From the NCBI GenBank assembly GCA_044892525.1, contig CM097885.1, positions 48,858,001 to 48,922,000 of the forward strand: a stretch of DNA of 64,000 bases, given 5' to 3'. Each line of letters starts with the position of its first letter. Positions within the stretch are counted from its first letter, which is position 1. Positions 41,380 to 55,064 of the stretch are shown here, piece by piece. The notes under the pieces were generated by a model, which was not told the DNA's origin, did not search any database, and saw only the letters and a list, made by a program, of their open reading frames with translations. A program made the position numbers and the translations under genes. This DNA is from Schmidtea polychroa (Eukaryota).

Positions 41380-42700
41380 AAGTAGCAGCATTAATAAAAT
41401 GCTAAACAAAGCTGTCTCAAAATTTTTAAAGGTATACAGCTGATGATTTTTAGTTCCTATTTTTGTTTGAGGTACAGATAAAACACTATTATTTTTATAA
41501 CAATCGATATAATATTGATGTTTAATATCTGTGTCAGGTAACGTGACATCTTTGGCTTTATTAATTTCTTTATCACCCAAAAGACTATAACATTTCGGAC
41601 GTAAGAAAACCCATTCTTTATAACCAAGACCTTTACTTTAATCCTTAAATTTACCAATTACAGAGTCAAGATTTGTCGAATAATAGGGATGAGTTGGATC
41701 ATAATTTTAAGTGTCCAAAAGATTATCAGAAATCATGGCGCGTAAAAGTTTACTTAATTTACAATTTTTGACTTCAAAAAAGAAAGAGTTAGTGTCGCCA
41801 GGAACAATGTCAATTTTACAATCCAAAAACTCACTAATTTTTGCAATTCAACATATTGCAGTTGATACATCCGTAGTTCAGATAAATCTATAACCGTTTG
41901 AACGATATAATTAAGTCTACTTAAACATATCAAATCCTTATTCAGGCGAGTCGCAATCAGATCGTCATCAAATTTGATGCACTTTCTGAAAGACGGTTTT
42001 GACGAATTTATAATCATCTTTTCAGATGAATTGCACGATCACAAATTCATCCATTTTTTGGATTATCGACGGATTTATCATTTATGTTGTTATTTAGAGG
42101 TTAAAGTAATTTTTATCCAAATCACCAGTCGAATTCGCCCGCAATGCTGTATTTGTATCAATATGCTCCTTAAATATTTGAGCCTGCTCAAACTTAATTT
42201 CCCTATTAATATTTACAACACCAAGAGAAAGATATATCTTGAGAAGTCTTTTTCGTGTGATGTGTAATCATCAACTTCTCAGCCTTGGAACCCGTTAGAC
42301 ACATCTTTTCAGGTGATACTGGGAAATTATCCACAAACATGTATGTTTTCAGGAATATCGGTATCAACTTCCATAGTGTAACCATATGAAAGGATTTCAA
42401 TATCCGTAGTCATACATTCATTTAAAATAGAGTTAATATTATGATATACCCAACCAAAATCAGCATAAAGAAGATATGGGCTAAACGCCCAAACGTATAG
42501 ATTATAATCTAATAATTATTAATAATTATTAATATCTATGTATAATAACTCTGTGTCATCAGAAGACTTGATGTAGTGACATCTCTCAAAATACATGTTG
42601 AACAGAAATAATCTTCTCCTTCACACCATTATAAACGATTAAGTATCTCCCAACCAGCTCAAACAGATGAGTCGTTAAATATCCAATACCTTGGTCTCAA
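41380..42700 (-). pseudogene. Protein-primed DNA polymerase B (pPolB) remnant of a Polinton/Maverick
   Basis: ELLYIDINN..LYVWAFSPYLLYADFGW (motif A); FPVSPEK..KL; DLSELRMYQLQY; GDTNS (degenerate DTDS); KAKDV..IKHQYYIDC..QTKIGTKNHQLYT C-terminus; many frameshifts. Confidence 0.85.
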
Positions 42701-42779
42701 AATATTATTCACGTTCACAATACATAATTCCTTAATAATTAATCCACCGACATTATCATTATAACCACAAATATAAATA

Positions 42780-43207
42780 AAATAACAAGACATTTTTTCT
42801 AATAACATTTATTAAACTAAATTTGTTTATATATCGAATTTGGCCATGCAAGGCAATGTTGACCACAAGTAATTGCCAATGGAATTTGATACCGAATTTT
42901 ATTGTAAACGATCGGTTTCCAATTGTTTGTAGTTTTGAGACAAATAAAGGTTGATAATAACATCCAAATGAATCAAAAACGTGTATCTTGTTAGGTTTCA
43001 CATATACCGCGATCTAATGTTCCCCACCGAGAGTGGATGTTTGGGTTTTGACGATTATGGCTTCATTGACATTCAAATATGGAATTTTATCCTAATAGCT
43101 TAATACAAATTCGATTAACCTAAAAAAATTAAATAAATAACCTAATTAAATAAATTAAAAACTTACTCCACGATGGTTTTATATTTGAAACATTTATATT
43201 ATGTTCA
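42780..43207 (-). pseudogene. Adenain-type cysteine protease remnant (Polinton PRO)
   Basis: DKIP...IIVKTQTSTLGGEH*IAVYVKPNKIHVFDSFG...YQIPLAITCGQHC: catalytic H, D, Q and C motifs, with HW changed to H-stop. Confidence 0.85.
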
Positions 43208-44229
43208 TATCAACTCGATTCAATTTCCAGTAATTTGCACTTCACTTTCGAATACTCCATAAATTATAACATGTACTAGTTCTTCAACTGCTTTAGTAAA
43301 CTTGATATCAAATTGTAAATTTCCATTTTGAGGTAGTTGACTTTAATTTAAATCGAAATCAGGGGCCAGAAAAAATGTAAAGAATGGATATTTTGAATTA
43401 AAATACGCAAAAGATATTCCACAATTCAAATTCTTATCCAAATATCCAATATATCTTAAAAAAATTTGCATATATGTTGTACAATAATTGTAAGTATCGA
43501 AATCTTGAGTATATGTTTCTTTATAATCAGTATTTTTAGACAATGTCTGAATTTTGAACTTGGCGCCAAATATGAACCATCGTAATGAGTTTCAGTTTGA
43601 AAATCTACAAGAATAAATTTAGGCATCCTTTTTTTCTCCAATTATTTGTTCCTTTTAGAATAATGATGCGCCTTTACCTATCGTAAAATGTACAATTTTC
43701 TTAGTTTTTAACGGATAAAATGCACGTTTTGAATTACGACCAATTTGATGCCAGGCTAATACTGATGGTTCAACTCTAACTCTTCTTACCATTAATTTAG
43801 CACCAACTAATTGACATTTTGGTGGTACACCTTTGGAATTTAGTGATAATGCAGACTCAGATCTCTTCGATCTAATGTGAACATTAACACCAGGGAGTAA
43901 ATATTTTGGTTAATCCATGAAATAAAATTGTAATGAGTAACACATGTCATTACTTTTGAGCCTTTAATCCAAATTTTCCTTTAACTTACCATATCTCATA
44001 TGAGTAAGGCGTGTATTTTTAGAATCACTATTATAATTTAAAATAGCTTCAATTACTGTCTTGTGTGCATAGGTATTGTTACCACACTCAATCTTGATAT
44101 GATTAAATCCGAGAATCGCATCTTTAAAAAAAGAAATTGTTTTGTGTTACATCAGCAGTATCATTCTAATCTTTTCGATCGCCATTGTGCACCTGGAGCT
44201 GATGCAGCAGCTAAACCTCAATGTGTCCC
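43204..44229 (-). pseudogene. Polinton major capsid protein remnant
   Basis: NTYAHKTVIEAILNY, PKYLLPGVNVHIR, MPKFILVDFQ..YDGSY..SSKFRH, FFTFFLAPD..GNLQFDIKF..VIIYGVFESEVQI, in the usual Polinton MCP order; multiple disruptions. Confidence 0.8.
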
Positions 44230-46800
44230 TGTTAAGAAGAACCTGCCGGGAAAGGCAGAGCGAGTACGACTCAGGACTTACGGGAAATTGTGCTTAGTCA
44301 AGGAACCGAATTAGTTTTTTTGTTTGTTGGTTGGGTTCAGGGTAAATAAATAAATTCATTTAGTTTAAATCGGCTTCATTAACGTACTAAATGCTGGGTT
44401 TGGAAAAGACAATTTTAGCTGATACTCACTATTAGGATTCTCATCCGTTACAACATTAATATCTGTTTGCAAATTACTAAATAATTCCATAAATTTTATT
44501 CAATAAATTTTACACTCAAAAACTTGTCTTTCTTATTTTTGTTATTTAAACAAATTTCAGTCTTCCTTTTAAAATATTTTTCACTAAAAATATTTTTATA
44601 AATTTAACAAAATTTCTAATTAAATCTTTAAGAATCTATCAACATCCTCATACTCACCTCATACTCACTGCAGCAATTCCGAACGGCATTCTATTGAAAC
44701 AGTAATGCCCTTTCTTTGTTGAGAAGGCTGTTTTCTCTTGCGCTTCCTCGTCTAACTCCACTTGGTAATATGCATTACCAAGATCGATTAAGCTAAAATA
44801 AACGGACCCTCCTAACAAATCTAACATCTTGTCTATGTTTGGCATTGGGAATGCCTGTCTCTCTGTTACTGAGTTACTGAAATCCAAGCATAGCCTAATA
44901 TCTTTTTTCTCTTTTTTCCATACGCATATTAACGGCGTGTTCTATGGGAAGTTGCTTTTCCGTATAATCCCGTTTTCGTACAAATTGAGTATTGCTTCTT
45001 CAATATTTGTTTCCAAATTTAATGGTTGACAATATGGTTTTATGTTTATTGGTTCACCTCTTGTAATCATCTTATGTTTTACTAAATGCGTTTGACCCAC
45101 ATCCCATTTATCCGCCACAAACAGGTTTCCACTGTTCGTTATTATTTCCTTTAATTTACTATCTTCATTAATCTTTAGATGTTCCATGGCTCGCGTCAAT
45201 CTTTCTCCATCCTTTATTTGTCTGCCGAATTTTGCTTCAATGTTACAAATATAGTTCTTGTCTTTTCCACTAGATTCGATATCTTTCTTTTTTGCCAGCC
45301 TATATCCAAATGCTTCTTGCAATTCTATTCCTCCAATCACCTCTGGTGTCACTTTCTCCGCCTCAAACAATCTAACTTCCTTGGAAATATCTCCGATAGT
45401 TACTTTAACTTTTGTGCTTCCAATTGTCTCTATCGTACTTTCGTTTGCACATCGTAACTTATCGTCGCTTCTCATCAATTGTTGTCCTCGTAACTTGTTA
45501 AAACAGTTCACACTCATTACGTTTATTCGTGCTCCGGTGTCTAATAAACAGTCGAAAATTTCCCCATTCATCATTACTGTTACATTAGGTCTTCCTTGTA
45601 GCTTGTTATACACAATTTCTACCTCCAGTCCCGTTTCAATTGTTCCAATTCTTTCCAATTCCTCTTCAAACTTTTCTCTCCTTAGGAACCTGTATACTTT
45701 CTCACTTACCCTTCCTACATTCTCCCACTTTTCTTCCCCTTGAGGATATCCCATCCACTTTTCTGTTAGTATATGGCTCCAACCAACTCCTCTACTGGTG
45801 GAGCCCTGTTGTTTGGCTACGTTCTACTAAAATTATCTTCATTTGTCTCTACGCACGATTCCATTTCCTCTTCTTCTTCGATTCCATTAATCCGGCTGTA
45901 TCTGTTTCCTATCAGTCTTTGTTTCTCTATCGTTTTCTTAAAACTCGACTTTGTATAACAATCTTCTGATCTATGACCATTTCGGTTGCATCTTTTACAC
46001 CGTATTTCTTGACATAACCTTCTTATATGACCTTCTTTCGCACAACCAAAATCTCTTGTCACTTTTTTATCTGGACAATTCCTACTTATATGTCCGCTTC
46101 TGTGACACGTCCAGCACTCTATCTTACTTCTTACTAGACATTCTATTTTCGTGTGGCCTATTTTGTGGCATAGCCAGCACTCTGGTTCCTCTCGTCGCCT
46201 GCCTTCTTCTCTTTCATCTTTCTTATTGTACTTCTCTGTGGATCCTGAGAAGCGTTGATCTAATCTCTCTGCCTGTCCACTTTATCCATCAGAATTAGTG
46301 TTTCCTTTATTTCCTCTGTGCTTTTTATCTTCCGTAATATTACTTCTTTCTCAACTTTTTTATTCTCAGCACATACTATCAACATCTTTGATGTTATTTT
46401 CTCTTTGGTGAATTCTTTATTCTCAAACAACCTGTCAACAAGGTCCTCCACTTTTTTAAAATATGTTTCAATCTCTTCGCCTCTTCTTTTATAATTCAAT
46501 AAACTTTCCATATCCTTTATTACGTCTCTTTCGTAATCAATTGCCATTAGTAACCTGGCTTGAAATCCTTCTGCTTTTTTAACTGTCTTTGCATATTTCT
46601 CCAATAGATCCTCGTCGATCATGCATGCAGTCAATCTTTCCTGTTCTTTTTTATTGATGCCTTTAGCATCGAAATAAATCTCGCATCTTTTAATGAATTT
46701 TACCAAGTCATCACCTTGACAGAACACCTTTGGCAATAACCTTTCGGTAATCGCGTCGGTGTTTACCGCTGCCACCATATTAGGATTCTCATCCGTTACA
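44230..46800 (-). mobile_element. Truncated, rearranged Gypsy LTR retrotransposon (gag, protease, RT N-terminus)
   Basis: PBS TGGTGGCAGCGG at 46766-46777; CCHC knuckles (CKRCNRNGHRSEDC); LLDTGA protease; DLGNAYYQV...KTAF...RMPFG RT; LTR-like TG...CA segment at 44230-44452. Confidence 0.85.
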
Positions 46801-48624
46801 ACATTAATATCTGTTTGCAAATCACTAAATAATTCCATAAATTTTTTTCAATAAATTTTACACTCAAAAACTTGTCTTTCTTAATTTTGTTATTTAAACA
46901 AATTTCAATTTTCCTTTTAAAATATTTTTCGATAAAAATATTTTTTAAGAATGCTAAATTTCAGTCTTCTTTTTAAAATATTTTTCACTAAAAATATTTT
47001 TTTTAAATTTAACAAAATTTCTAATTAAATCTTTAAGAATCTATAAACATCCTCATACTCACCAATGAAGAAGGGACCTAGATGAAAATCGGAATCATGA
47101 ATTCTAATGGCAATCTGCAAACCCGCTCAAGTACTTGCCGATTATAGTGTACAAAGATACGCACACTTTTCGCAAGTACTCACCCACTCGATACAGTTCC
47201 AAAGTTGATCACTTAACGGGTATCGAGCGGTACATCATTCCAGTATTCCTGGAAACACCATGAAAGGGTAAAATGTGAATTACCTATAAACCCACCAACA
47301 TTTATCATACTTATGAACAAAAATTTAGAAATTCTCAGTAAATTCTCTTTAATCACGAAATGTTTAGAGTTCTGCCAAGCAAGCAGAACGTGCCGAATCG
47401 TAGTACGGAGATACCGTAAATAGAATCGATATAGTTTCTTCTGAAATTTGGAATAAATTGAACCAGGTGATTGATTTCCATCGCCAACAAATAAAGGAAG
47501 ACCAAGTGATAATGTTAAATTTGAGAATCGTGATTCAAAAGCAGGTCCAGCTAATTGCTGTTTTGAGAGCAATGTAAACGAAGATCTAGGAAAAAACTGG
47601 TCTATACAAAACACAAACTCTTTCGGCAGTCCTAGTGTTATAGAGAAAAAGCTTTCCGCAAAACCTTGTCCAATGAAAATCGAAAGAAACTGTCTCAGGC
47701 GAATATAAAACGCACAAATCTAACTGGATGACAAAACATACTAATAAACAAATTATTAACCAACACGGCTGCTGCCCTTTTTCACCTATGCCTAAATTTC
47801 TTTTGTTTTTGATAATTAAAATTCCAAGTTATCTACGATTTGTGTGTTTTATGGGACCTTGATCTGTCATAGGCTGGCAATGGTGGAGCTTTCATCTGAT
47901 TTTGGTTGATTCGAATTTTACCAAACGTTTAATAAATTGGACAAGAGATAAATAAGGCTTGATACTTTTTACGGTAAGGCCAAGGATCCAGAGGCACTTC
48001 ATGGCATTAACAGTCTTTGAAACCAAGTTCACATTTTGCTGGATGTTGCCCATTAGCATACAGGACCAATGTCACTTGCGACAAGTACTTAGTAATAAAT
48101 GATATTTTGGTATATTACAATTAAGGGAGCAGTTGAAATATATGGTTCAGAATCAAGATAGGAAAACAATATGTGAGTATAGTCGAACGTGAATAATATC
48201 TTCCCAATCGTAACCTAGCAATAGGAAAGGTAATTTGGAAAGAAATACCAAACGATTAATCAGTATTTATATAAAGTATAAATGTGTATTGGCGCATTGA
48301 TATGGGAACCTCTTTAACTAGGATACTGGAATACTTTCTATCGGTCACTTTGAGCCCAAGATGGCATCAAATTTAACTATCATAGGAATAATGACTAACA
48401 TTTGTCTAAGCTCTAAACTAGTTGGTATAGTACCAATAATAGCTAGTGACGAGAATCATATGAACGGATTGAATTATTAATTTTAGTTATAACTATAAAA
48501 ATGAGGTCACCATTTACATTTTAACCTATCATAACCCAACACGGTTAAGGGAAACTTGTAATCAAACCAAAAACAATATTCATTTTCATAAAACATTTAA
48601 CAATATTTTATTATATTCAAAATA

Positions 48625-50693
48625 CACCCATACCTCGCTATGCGGCCGCTCTTTATACGGCTTTTCGCTTTTACGGCATTCTTCAAATATGGCACTTTTT
48701 CGATATACGACCCAAAATGTTTTTATGTTACGGTCCCGATGATTTATTACCGGCCAGTGTCATTAAGACGTCGCTGGAATACCAAGTTCACGCACGGTCT
48801 CATATGTATTTTACTGCTTTAATCTGCAGTGTAGTCACGTGCACTCTTTAAAGTCGACGCGTTTATTCCAGTTATCATCGTTCGCACCTACATCGAGTAA
48901 TTATCAGAAATACGAAGTATTATTCTTTTATTAAATAAAATTTGTAACTTAATCTAATTGCTGTTTATATTTTATTAGTTTTATTTGATATTCAATTGTA
49001 GTTGCATTACTTTCACATACATTCACTTCAGCTGTCCCGAGACAATATATTTTTTACAGGAGACTCGGCTAGGTCATACAAATCTTCTTTTCACAACTGT
49101 TAACAAGAACACAATAAACAACTGACAAATAACTAGCAACCATAAGACTTCAACAGGCTTGATAAAATAATTGCCCATTATTTGGCGATTTAATAACAAA
49201 ACTTGGATAACTAAAAATCTCTTCGAAGATTGGTTCAAAAATTGTTTTTTTCCAGAAGTGAGAAAATATTTGCGAGACAATAACTTTAGCAACAAGGCCT
49301 TGCTATTTTGGATAATGCTCCAGCACATCCGATTAATTTATCTCAATTATCTGAAGATGTGGAGATTGAGTATCTTCTCAAAAATACAACAGCTCTGATC
49401 CAGCCAATGGATCAGGGTGCAATAGCCACATTCAAGGTATACTATCTACGCAATATATTTTGAAAACTTGTGAACAAAACCGATGATGGATCTTCAATTA
49501 AACAATTTTGGAAAAACTACAACATCAAAGATGCTGTTTAGAACATTAGTGAATCGTGAAAGGAATTGAAATAAACAACAATGAATAGTATTAGGGAAAA
49601 CATATGACAAGAAAGCATAATAACTAATGATCTTGAAGTCGATATTCTTCCCGAAATTCGACAAACAACATTAAACCTAGCAAATGATCTTGGTTTCAAG
49701 GATTTGGATGAAGGTGATGTGCTTGATTTACTAGATGTTGATAGAGAACCCCTTTCACACGAAGAACATTTTCAATTAGAAGCAGAAAAATCAATTGATG
49801 ACGAAGCAGAACCTGCTGTATCCAAACAACTAAGATCAAAGAACTTGTCGAATGCGCTTTCTTATTTCGAACAAGGAATAAAAACAACTTCTTCAAAATG
49901 ATGCCGACGTAGAACGCAGCGCTAAAGTTTCTCGAGCAATTAATTTAACAATTAGATGTTAAAAAGAACTGAAAAAAGAAGCAGAAAGCAAGACAAGACA
50001 AGCAATGTTGGACATTTTTTTAAAACCGGGTACATGTACAACAGCGGAGAGTGATGATGAAGTACAATAGTTTGTTAGTTCCAGTTGATTATAATACATA
50101 TGTTATACTTGTTATGTATTTTTATTTTATATGCAAACAATGTTTGTATGAAATACATATAAAGAATTAAATTAATATAAAATTAAAAATTACGTTATGT
50201 ATTTTATCAAAAATTGGAACCGATCCTATTAAATTTATATGGGATAATATCTAAATCAGGGCTGTCCAACCTCGGGAAACCAGAGGGCCGCAATGCAAAA
50301 AAAAACTATTCGGGGGCCGCACACAATGCAAAGAATTTTTATCTAAAATAAATGGCTAAGGATAGCAAAACGCCTGCCTGTACGGAAAATTTTGGACTCA
50401 ACACCATCAGTTGTTACTAATGTATACTCTGGCGCTTGTTTTGAATTCATTGGATATTTCTGTCTGCACGGCCTGTCTTAGGACCGCACACCAAAATTAA
50501 AAAATGATATTATGTTAATAATTAATTAATTAAGATGGTATCAAATTATAGAGAAGTTCGCGGGCCACACAAAAGTACTTCGCGGGCCGCGGTTTGGACA
50601 GGTCTGATCTAAATAATTGACTCGATATACTGCTATTCGCTTTGCGGTCAACTTTCACGGAACGTATCTTAACCGTAATGCGTGGTATGAGTG
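48625..50693 (+). mobile_element. Degenerate pogo/Tigger (Tc1/mariner) element
   Basis: TIR CACCCATACCTCGC / GCGTGGTATGAGTG flanked by TA; DDE fragments WITKNLFEDWF, LDNAPAH, NTTALIQPMDQGAIATFK. Confidence 0.9.
50257..50606. mobile_element. hAT MITE nested in the Tigger element
   Basis: TIR CAGGGCTGTCCAA / TTGGACAGGTCTG; GGGCCGC subterminal repeats; 8-bp TSD ATCTAAAT. Confidence 0.9.
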
Positions 50694-51006
50694 TATCATC
50701 AATTCCATAGTATAATTACAAACCATGTTTCAGCTGTCGAGCAATTTAATGTACTGTTTTATTAATCTTAATGAGACTTTATTTCAATTTATGCATATTT
50801 ATTTTTAAAACATAAGATTTTCATAAATTTGAATTTTGAAAATGAAAATGAAAAATTCAATATACTCGTAAAATTCAGTGATATAAAATTTAAGAAATTG
50901 ACTATGAAATTTGTTTAAATATATTTATTTTCAAATAATTCCAATAATACTTTACATTATTTTGAATATTTTCAGTATATTTGGAGTAAATGCTCAATAA
51001 TAAATT

Positions 51007-51030
51007 ATGGATCTAATTGAAATTCCCAAT
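51007..51030 (+). CDS. MTMR6/7/8: MTMR6/7/8-like myotubularin, first coding exon (MDLIEIPN)
   Basis: ATG plus 7 codons, then GTAAGT; length and phase 0 match the short MEHIRTxK N-terminus of the MTMR6 subfamily and join exon 60575 in frame. Confidence 0.7.
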
Positions 51031-51759
51031 GTAAGTTAATTTATGCATTTGTTAAATTTGTTACATACAAAACTTACTATTAAGGTAATTTTCGCCTTGA
51101 TAACATAACAAATTGACACTTAATGTGCAATTAAAACACTATCTCTTCCCCCTTTAGATTTCGACTGCAGATTAACGTTGACCACATCTAGTACTAATTT
51201 CCATTACTTACATCTTCACTCGTTATTTTCAATAAGTTATAAAATTAATTTTAATACATTTTTAAAACTAAATCTATCACAATTCATTAAGTAAATCCTT
51301 TTTTGATATTGGAATTTCTAAAGTATTTTTTTCTAAATTTTAATTTAACCATATTTGGAGAATATCAACTATTTGATATCTAATGACTTTTTATTTATCA
51401 TATAGTTTATCTATATTTTAAGTATAATTTATCTTATTTTATACTTAAATTTGATGTATATGCATTTGTGTGACAACGTTTAAATTCCTTTAAAATAATT
51501 TATTTTCAATTTGTATAATATGAGTCATTCACATAATTACTGAACATAATTACTAAATTTTTCATTTATATGATTTATTGCAAATGATTTTAGTCTTGAT
51601 TTTCATTGCTGTAGAACTCAATGAGTTTGTTACACACATTAATGGATAATTTAATCCAACCAATGAAAACAGTTTCACAGAGAATTTACATTGAAATCTT
51701 ATCTTTAAATTTATAGACAAAATTGTTTCACATCTAAGATATTCTATCATTCGCAACTA

Positions 51760-52146
51760 ATGTCATTTAATCAATCAAATGCCAAAAGTCTCAATAAATA
51801 TTTTCCTTGGACAATTTCCATAAAAAAACATGCAACTACAAATGATATTTCATTGCCAAACAGATTAAAAATTAGCAAATCATTCGTCGGATTAAATCAT
51901 TACTCAATGGACGATAAAATAGAAAAAAATAATAGTCGTCGTTATTCTAATATTTTTGGAATTCTAAATAAAACTGATGGAATGAATTACTCGAAGTCTG
52001 GAGATTTTTACGATGATGTAATTATGCTATGGAATAAAATTGATTTTGACTATGGCATCGACAAATGTAAGAATCTAGCGCAAACTATATGCGACAATTG
52101 GTTGCCAGATAATGAAATTTCTTGGTTAATTAGACACGCGAGCATT
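51760..52146 (+). CDS. Candidate alternative first exon (129 aa) in the MTMR intron
   Basis: Open non-repetitive ORF ending at a phase-0 GTTAGT donor (52147), compatible with the 60575 acceptor. Confidence 0.45.
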
Positions 52147-52652
52147 GTTAGTTTATTTTTAAGGAAATAATTTTTAAACCTTTTTCAATTGCTGCATAAG
52201 TTTACATTTAAAAATTTTATTTATGTCAATTTAATAAAAACTGGAAGAATTTTTTATCAGTAAAATTTTTATTTTCAGATTTTATCAATAATAACGATAA
52301 ATATATTCTTAAAAATAAACCGTAACCCCCAGATGCTAGTAAAACGACATCCAACTGACAGCAAAAATAATTTTTAAAATAAAATCAAGATGTTTTTTTA
52401 TTTTAATAACCCACCTTTTAATTTATAAAAATTCTATTTTAAATTTGATTTGTTTTTTTTATTGGCCATATTAGCAGCTTTTTCTATTATCAGTAAAAAT
52501 GTTAAATATTTTCATCATTGTTCTTATGGTTATGATTTTAAATCAATAAAATTTATGCTTATTCTTGTGATTTTTATTTGTTGTCAACTAATTATATAAT
52601 CAAGAATCAATATTTGAAAGATAAATTAAACCATTATATAAACCATATAGAC

Positions 52653-53363
52653 CAAGGGTGGGCACGCATGGGTTCAATAAGAGCCATTTTCCGAAAATTT
52701 ATTTTTTACAGAGCCACCATAGTAAAGTACATATTTTTTTTTATTTCATTAATTTGATTAAAGAGACTTAAACGCTATTAAAAAAAACAAAATAATTATT
52801 TCAAACATTAAGTAACAAACATAAAAATCCATTAATAAAAAGTAATAAAATTTCTTGAATTAACGAAGACTTTTGGTCAAATCTTTGAAATTTGGTGTAT
52901 ACTTTGTTAAAGCTGTTCGCAGCAATTCTGTAAGATGCTGATTGGTCAACTGTGAACGATATTTCGACTTTACGAACTTCATTGTGGAGTACAAAGATTC
53001 ACAACAATATGTTGTACCAAAAATTGAAATTAGACGGCAAGCAGCTTGTTTTAAGTGTGGATATTTTGCCTCTGGTACGAGTTTCCAAAATTCAACTATA
53101 GAAGTAGATTTATGGTGCATTTGCAAAGCCTGGTCCTCTTTCATATCTAATAACTCCAATTCCCCAACCGCTTTTTTAACAAGTATTACTTCAGAAATTG
53201 GAAATCCATCTTCAATAATATCACAAATAAATGGGTTCACAAAAAATGCAAATGTAGATTTATAAAATCGAATTCGATTATCAAGAATTCAATTATCAAT
53301 GAGCCGCAGTTTACTCAACGAAGAGCCGCATGCGGCTCTAAGAGCCGCATTTGCCCACCGTTG
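52653..53363 (-). mobile_element. Internally deleted hAT element retaining the transposase C-terminal dimerisation domain
   Basis: TIR CAAGGGTGGGCA / TGCCCACCGTTG; 8-bp TSD ATATAGAC; FWKLVPEAKYPHL...FGTTYCCESLYSTMKFVKSKYRSQLT at 52860-53240. Confidence 0.92.
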
Positions 53364-53639
53364 ATATAGACCATAAACATTTATTAAATTACTAAAAGCC
53401 GTTTGAATTATGACATGTTATATTTTTGTAAAAATATCACAGACCGCCGTTAGAAACAATGCCACAAGAGGATTTTTGTAGAGTCTATTTAACCGATTTC
53501 TAAATTTTATTTTTATAATAAATCGCAATATAGTGTTTTATTACAATTCAAGAATAAGTACGGAACTCTAATAAAAATTATCTTTGTCATTCAATAATAA
53601 CAATGTGAAAACGAAACTTCATATTTTATAGCCGGAATC

Positions 53640-54127
53640 GGCGCATTTTTCTTGGAAAGGACCAAATCGTAAAAATTGTAGGCTAACAAGATCGTGTATC
53701 ATTCCGTTTTAAACTTTCAATTTCTGTGTTGCGTGTTCGGTTTGGTAATGACTTATATTATACTTCTTTCGAACGGCTATTAGGTCATTATATAATGAAC
53801 TATAACGAAATAATTTACACTCCATTCTGCTTTATAAGTATGGCATTCGAATTTAAATTTTTTCTCCATATTTGGGACATGGCTACGATAAGTAATAAAT
53901 AAAATTAATCGAAAAAAGAACAAAATATCACTGAGCGCCGTGAGAAACAATGCCAGAAGAGTTTTTTTAAAAAATTTATCACAAATAAATAAACCAACAA
54001 AAGATATGGTGACACTTGAGACGAAAACGAAAGACGACAAAATGAGTTACTACGTAATTTGATTTATTTAAAAATTTATCATGTAATGAACAATATTAAT
54101 CTACTGGCCATAGTTTGTCGACCCCTG
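53640..54127 (-). mobile_element. 5' fragment of a hAT element
   Basis: Terminus CAGGGGTCGACAAAC on the minus strand; decayed N-terminus MEKKFKFECHTYKAEWSVNYFV...HYQTEH. Confidence 0.6.
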
Positions 54128-55064
54128 GTTTAAAGAATGACGCTACATCAGGCAATACATTCAACAGAAATGTATAAAAAAATTATGGACGACAAAGATC
54201 AGTTTTGGTTTTAAGTTACCGTATATACTCGCGTATAAATTGAGGAAGTTATATTTTTCTATATATTCATTCAATAATATGTAAAATATTTCAGACAATA
54301 CTTATTTAGTAACAAATTCTTAGTGAAAGCATATGTAAAATTTTCAGATTACAATTTCAAATGAAATAATGTAAGAGCAGAATTGAAATTACCGATAAGT
54401 TTAAAGAAATGCAGACAAAATAAAAAATGTCTTTATTTGAACAAATACTAAATAATTTTTTCTGAATATATTAATTAATAAAAATATGCAGTCATTTTAT
54501 ATGTGGTATATAATTCTGATTTTCGAAAGCAATTTGTAGTAACGATTGATAATTATTAAATTAAAATTATTTTATTTCTAAAGGGAAAATTAAGACCGGG
54601 AATCACAACATCTGTTTTGAGGATTTGTTAATATTTTTTATTTGTTGTAATTTCGTTTTATCACAATACATTTTTTGAGTTATAAATTTGTTATAACTTA
54701 AAAGAGCTTTGTTTAAAAAGAACACCTTGAATTAAAATTGTTATTTATGTAAATGAATTAATTATGAAAATACTTATTACAACATTAAAAATATAAATCA
54801 GATTATATATCGTTATTTATAATAATCCAATAAGAGAATAAATATAAAAAGAAAAAAGATCAAAGGTGAACAAAAAACGAAAAATTTTATTGTTATTTTC
54901 ATACAATAGTCGTTAACTGGTTGAATAAAATGAACGAAAATATTTAAAACGAATTTAGATAAAGATTTTTTACTGCTTTTCTAGGTGCAATAATAATAAT
55001 AAGTACAATATAAATTAAGATTAATATTTATAAATGTAAAATAATGATTAACTTTTAACATTTT

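Noticed and set aside
44077..44452. 376-bp solo LTR starting at TGTTAC 44077
   Set aside because: The capsid reading frame continues through 44077 (IECGNNTYAHK) and there is no TSD.
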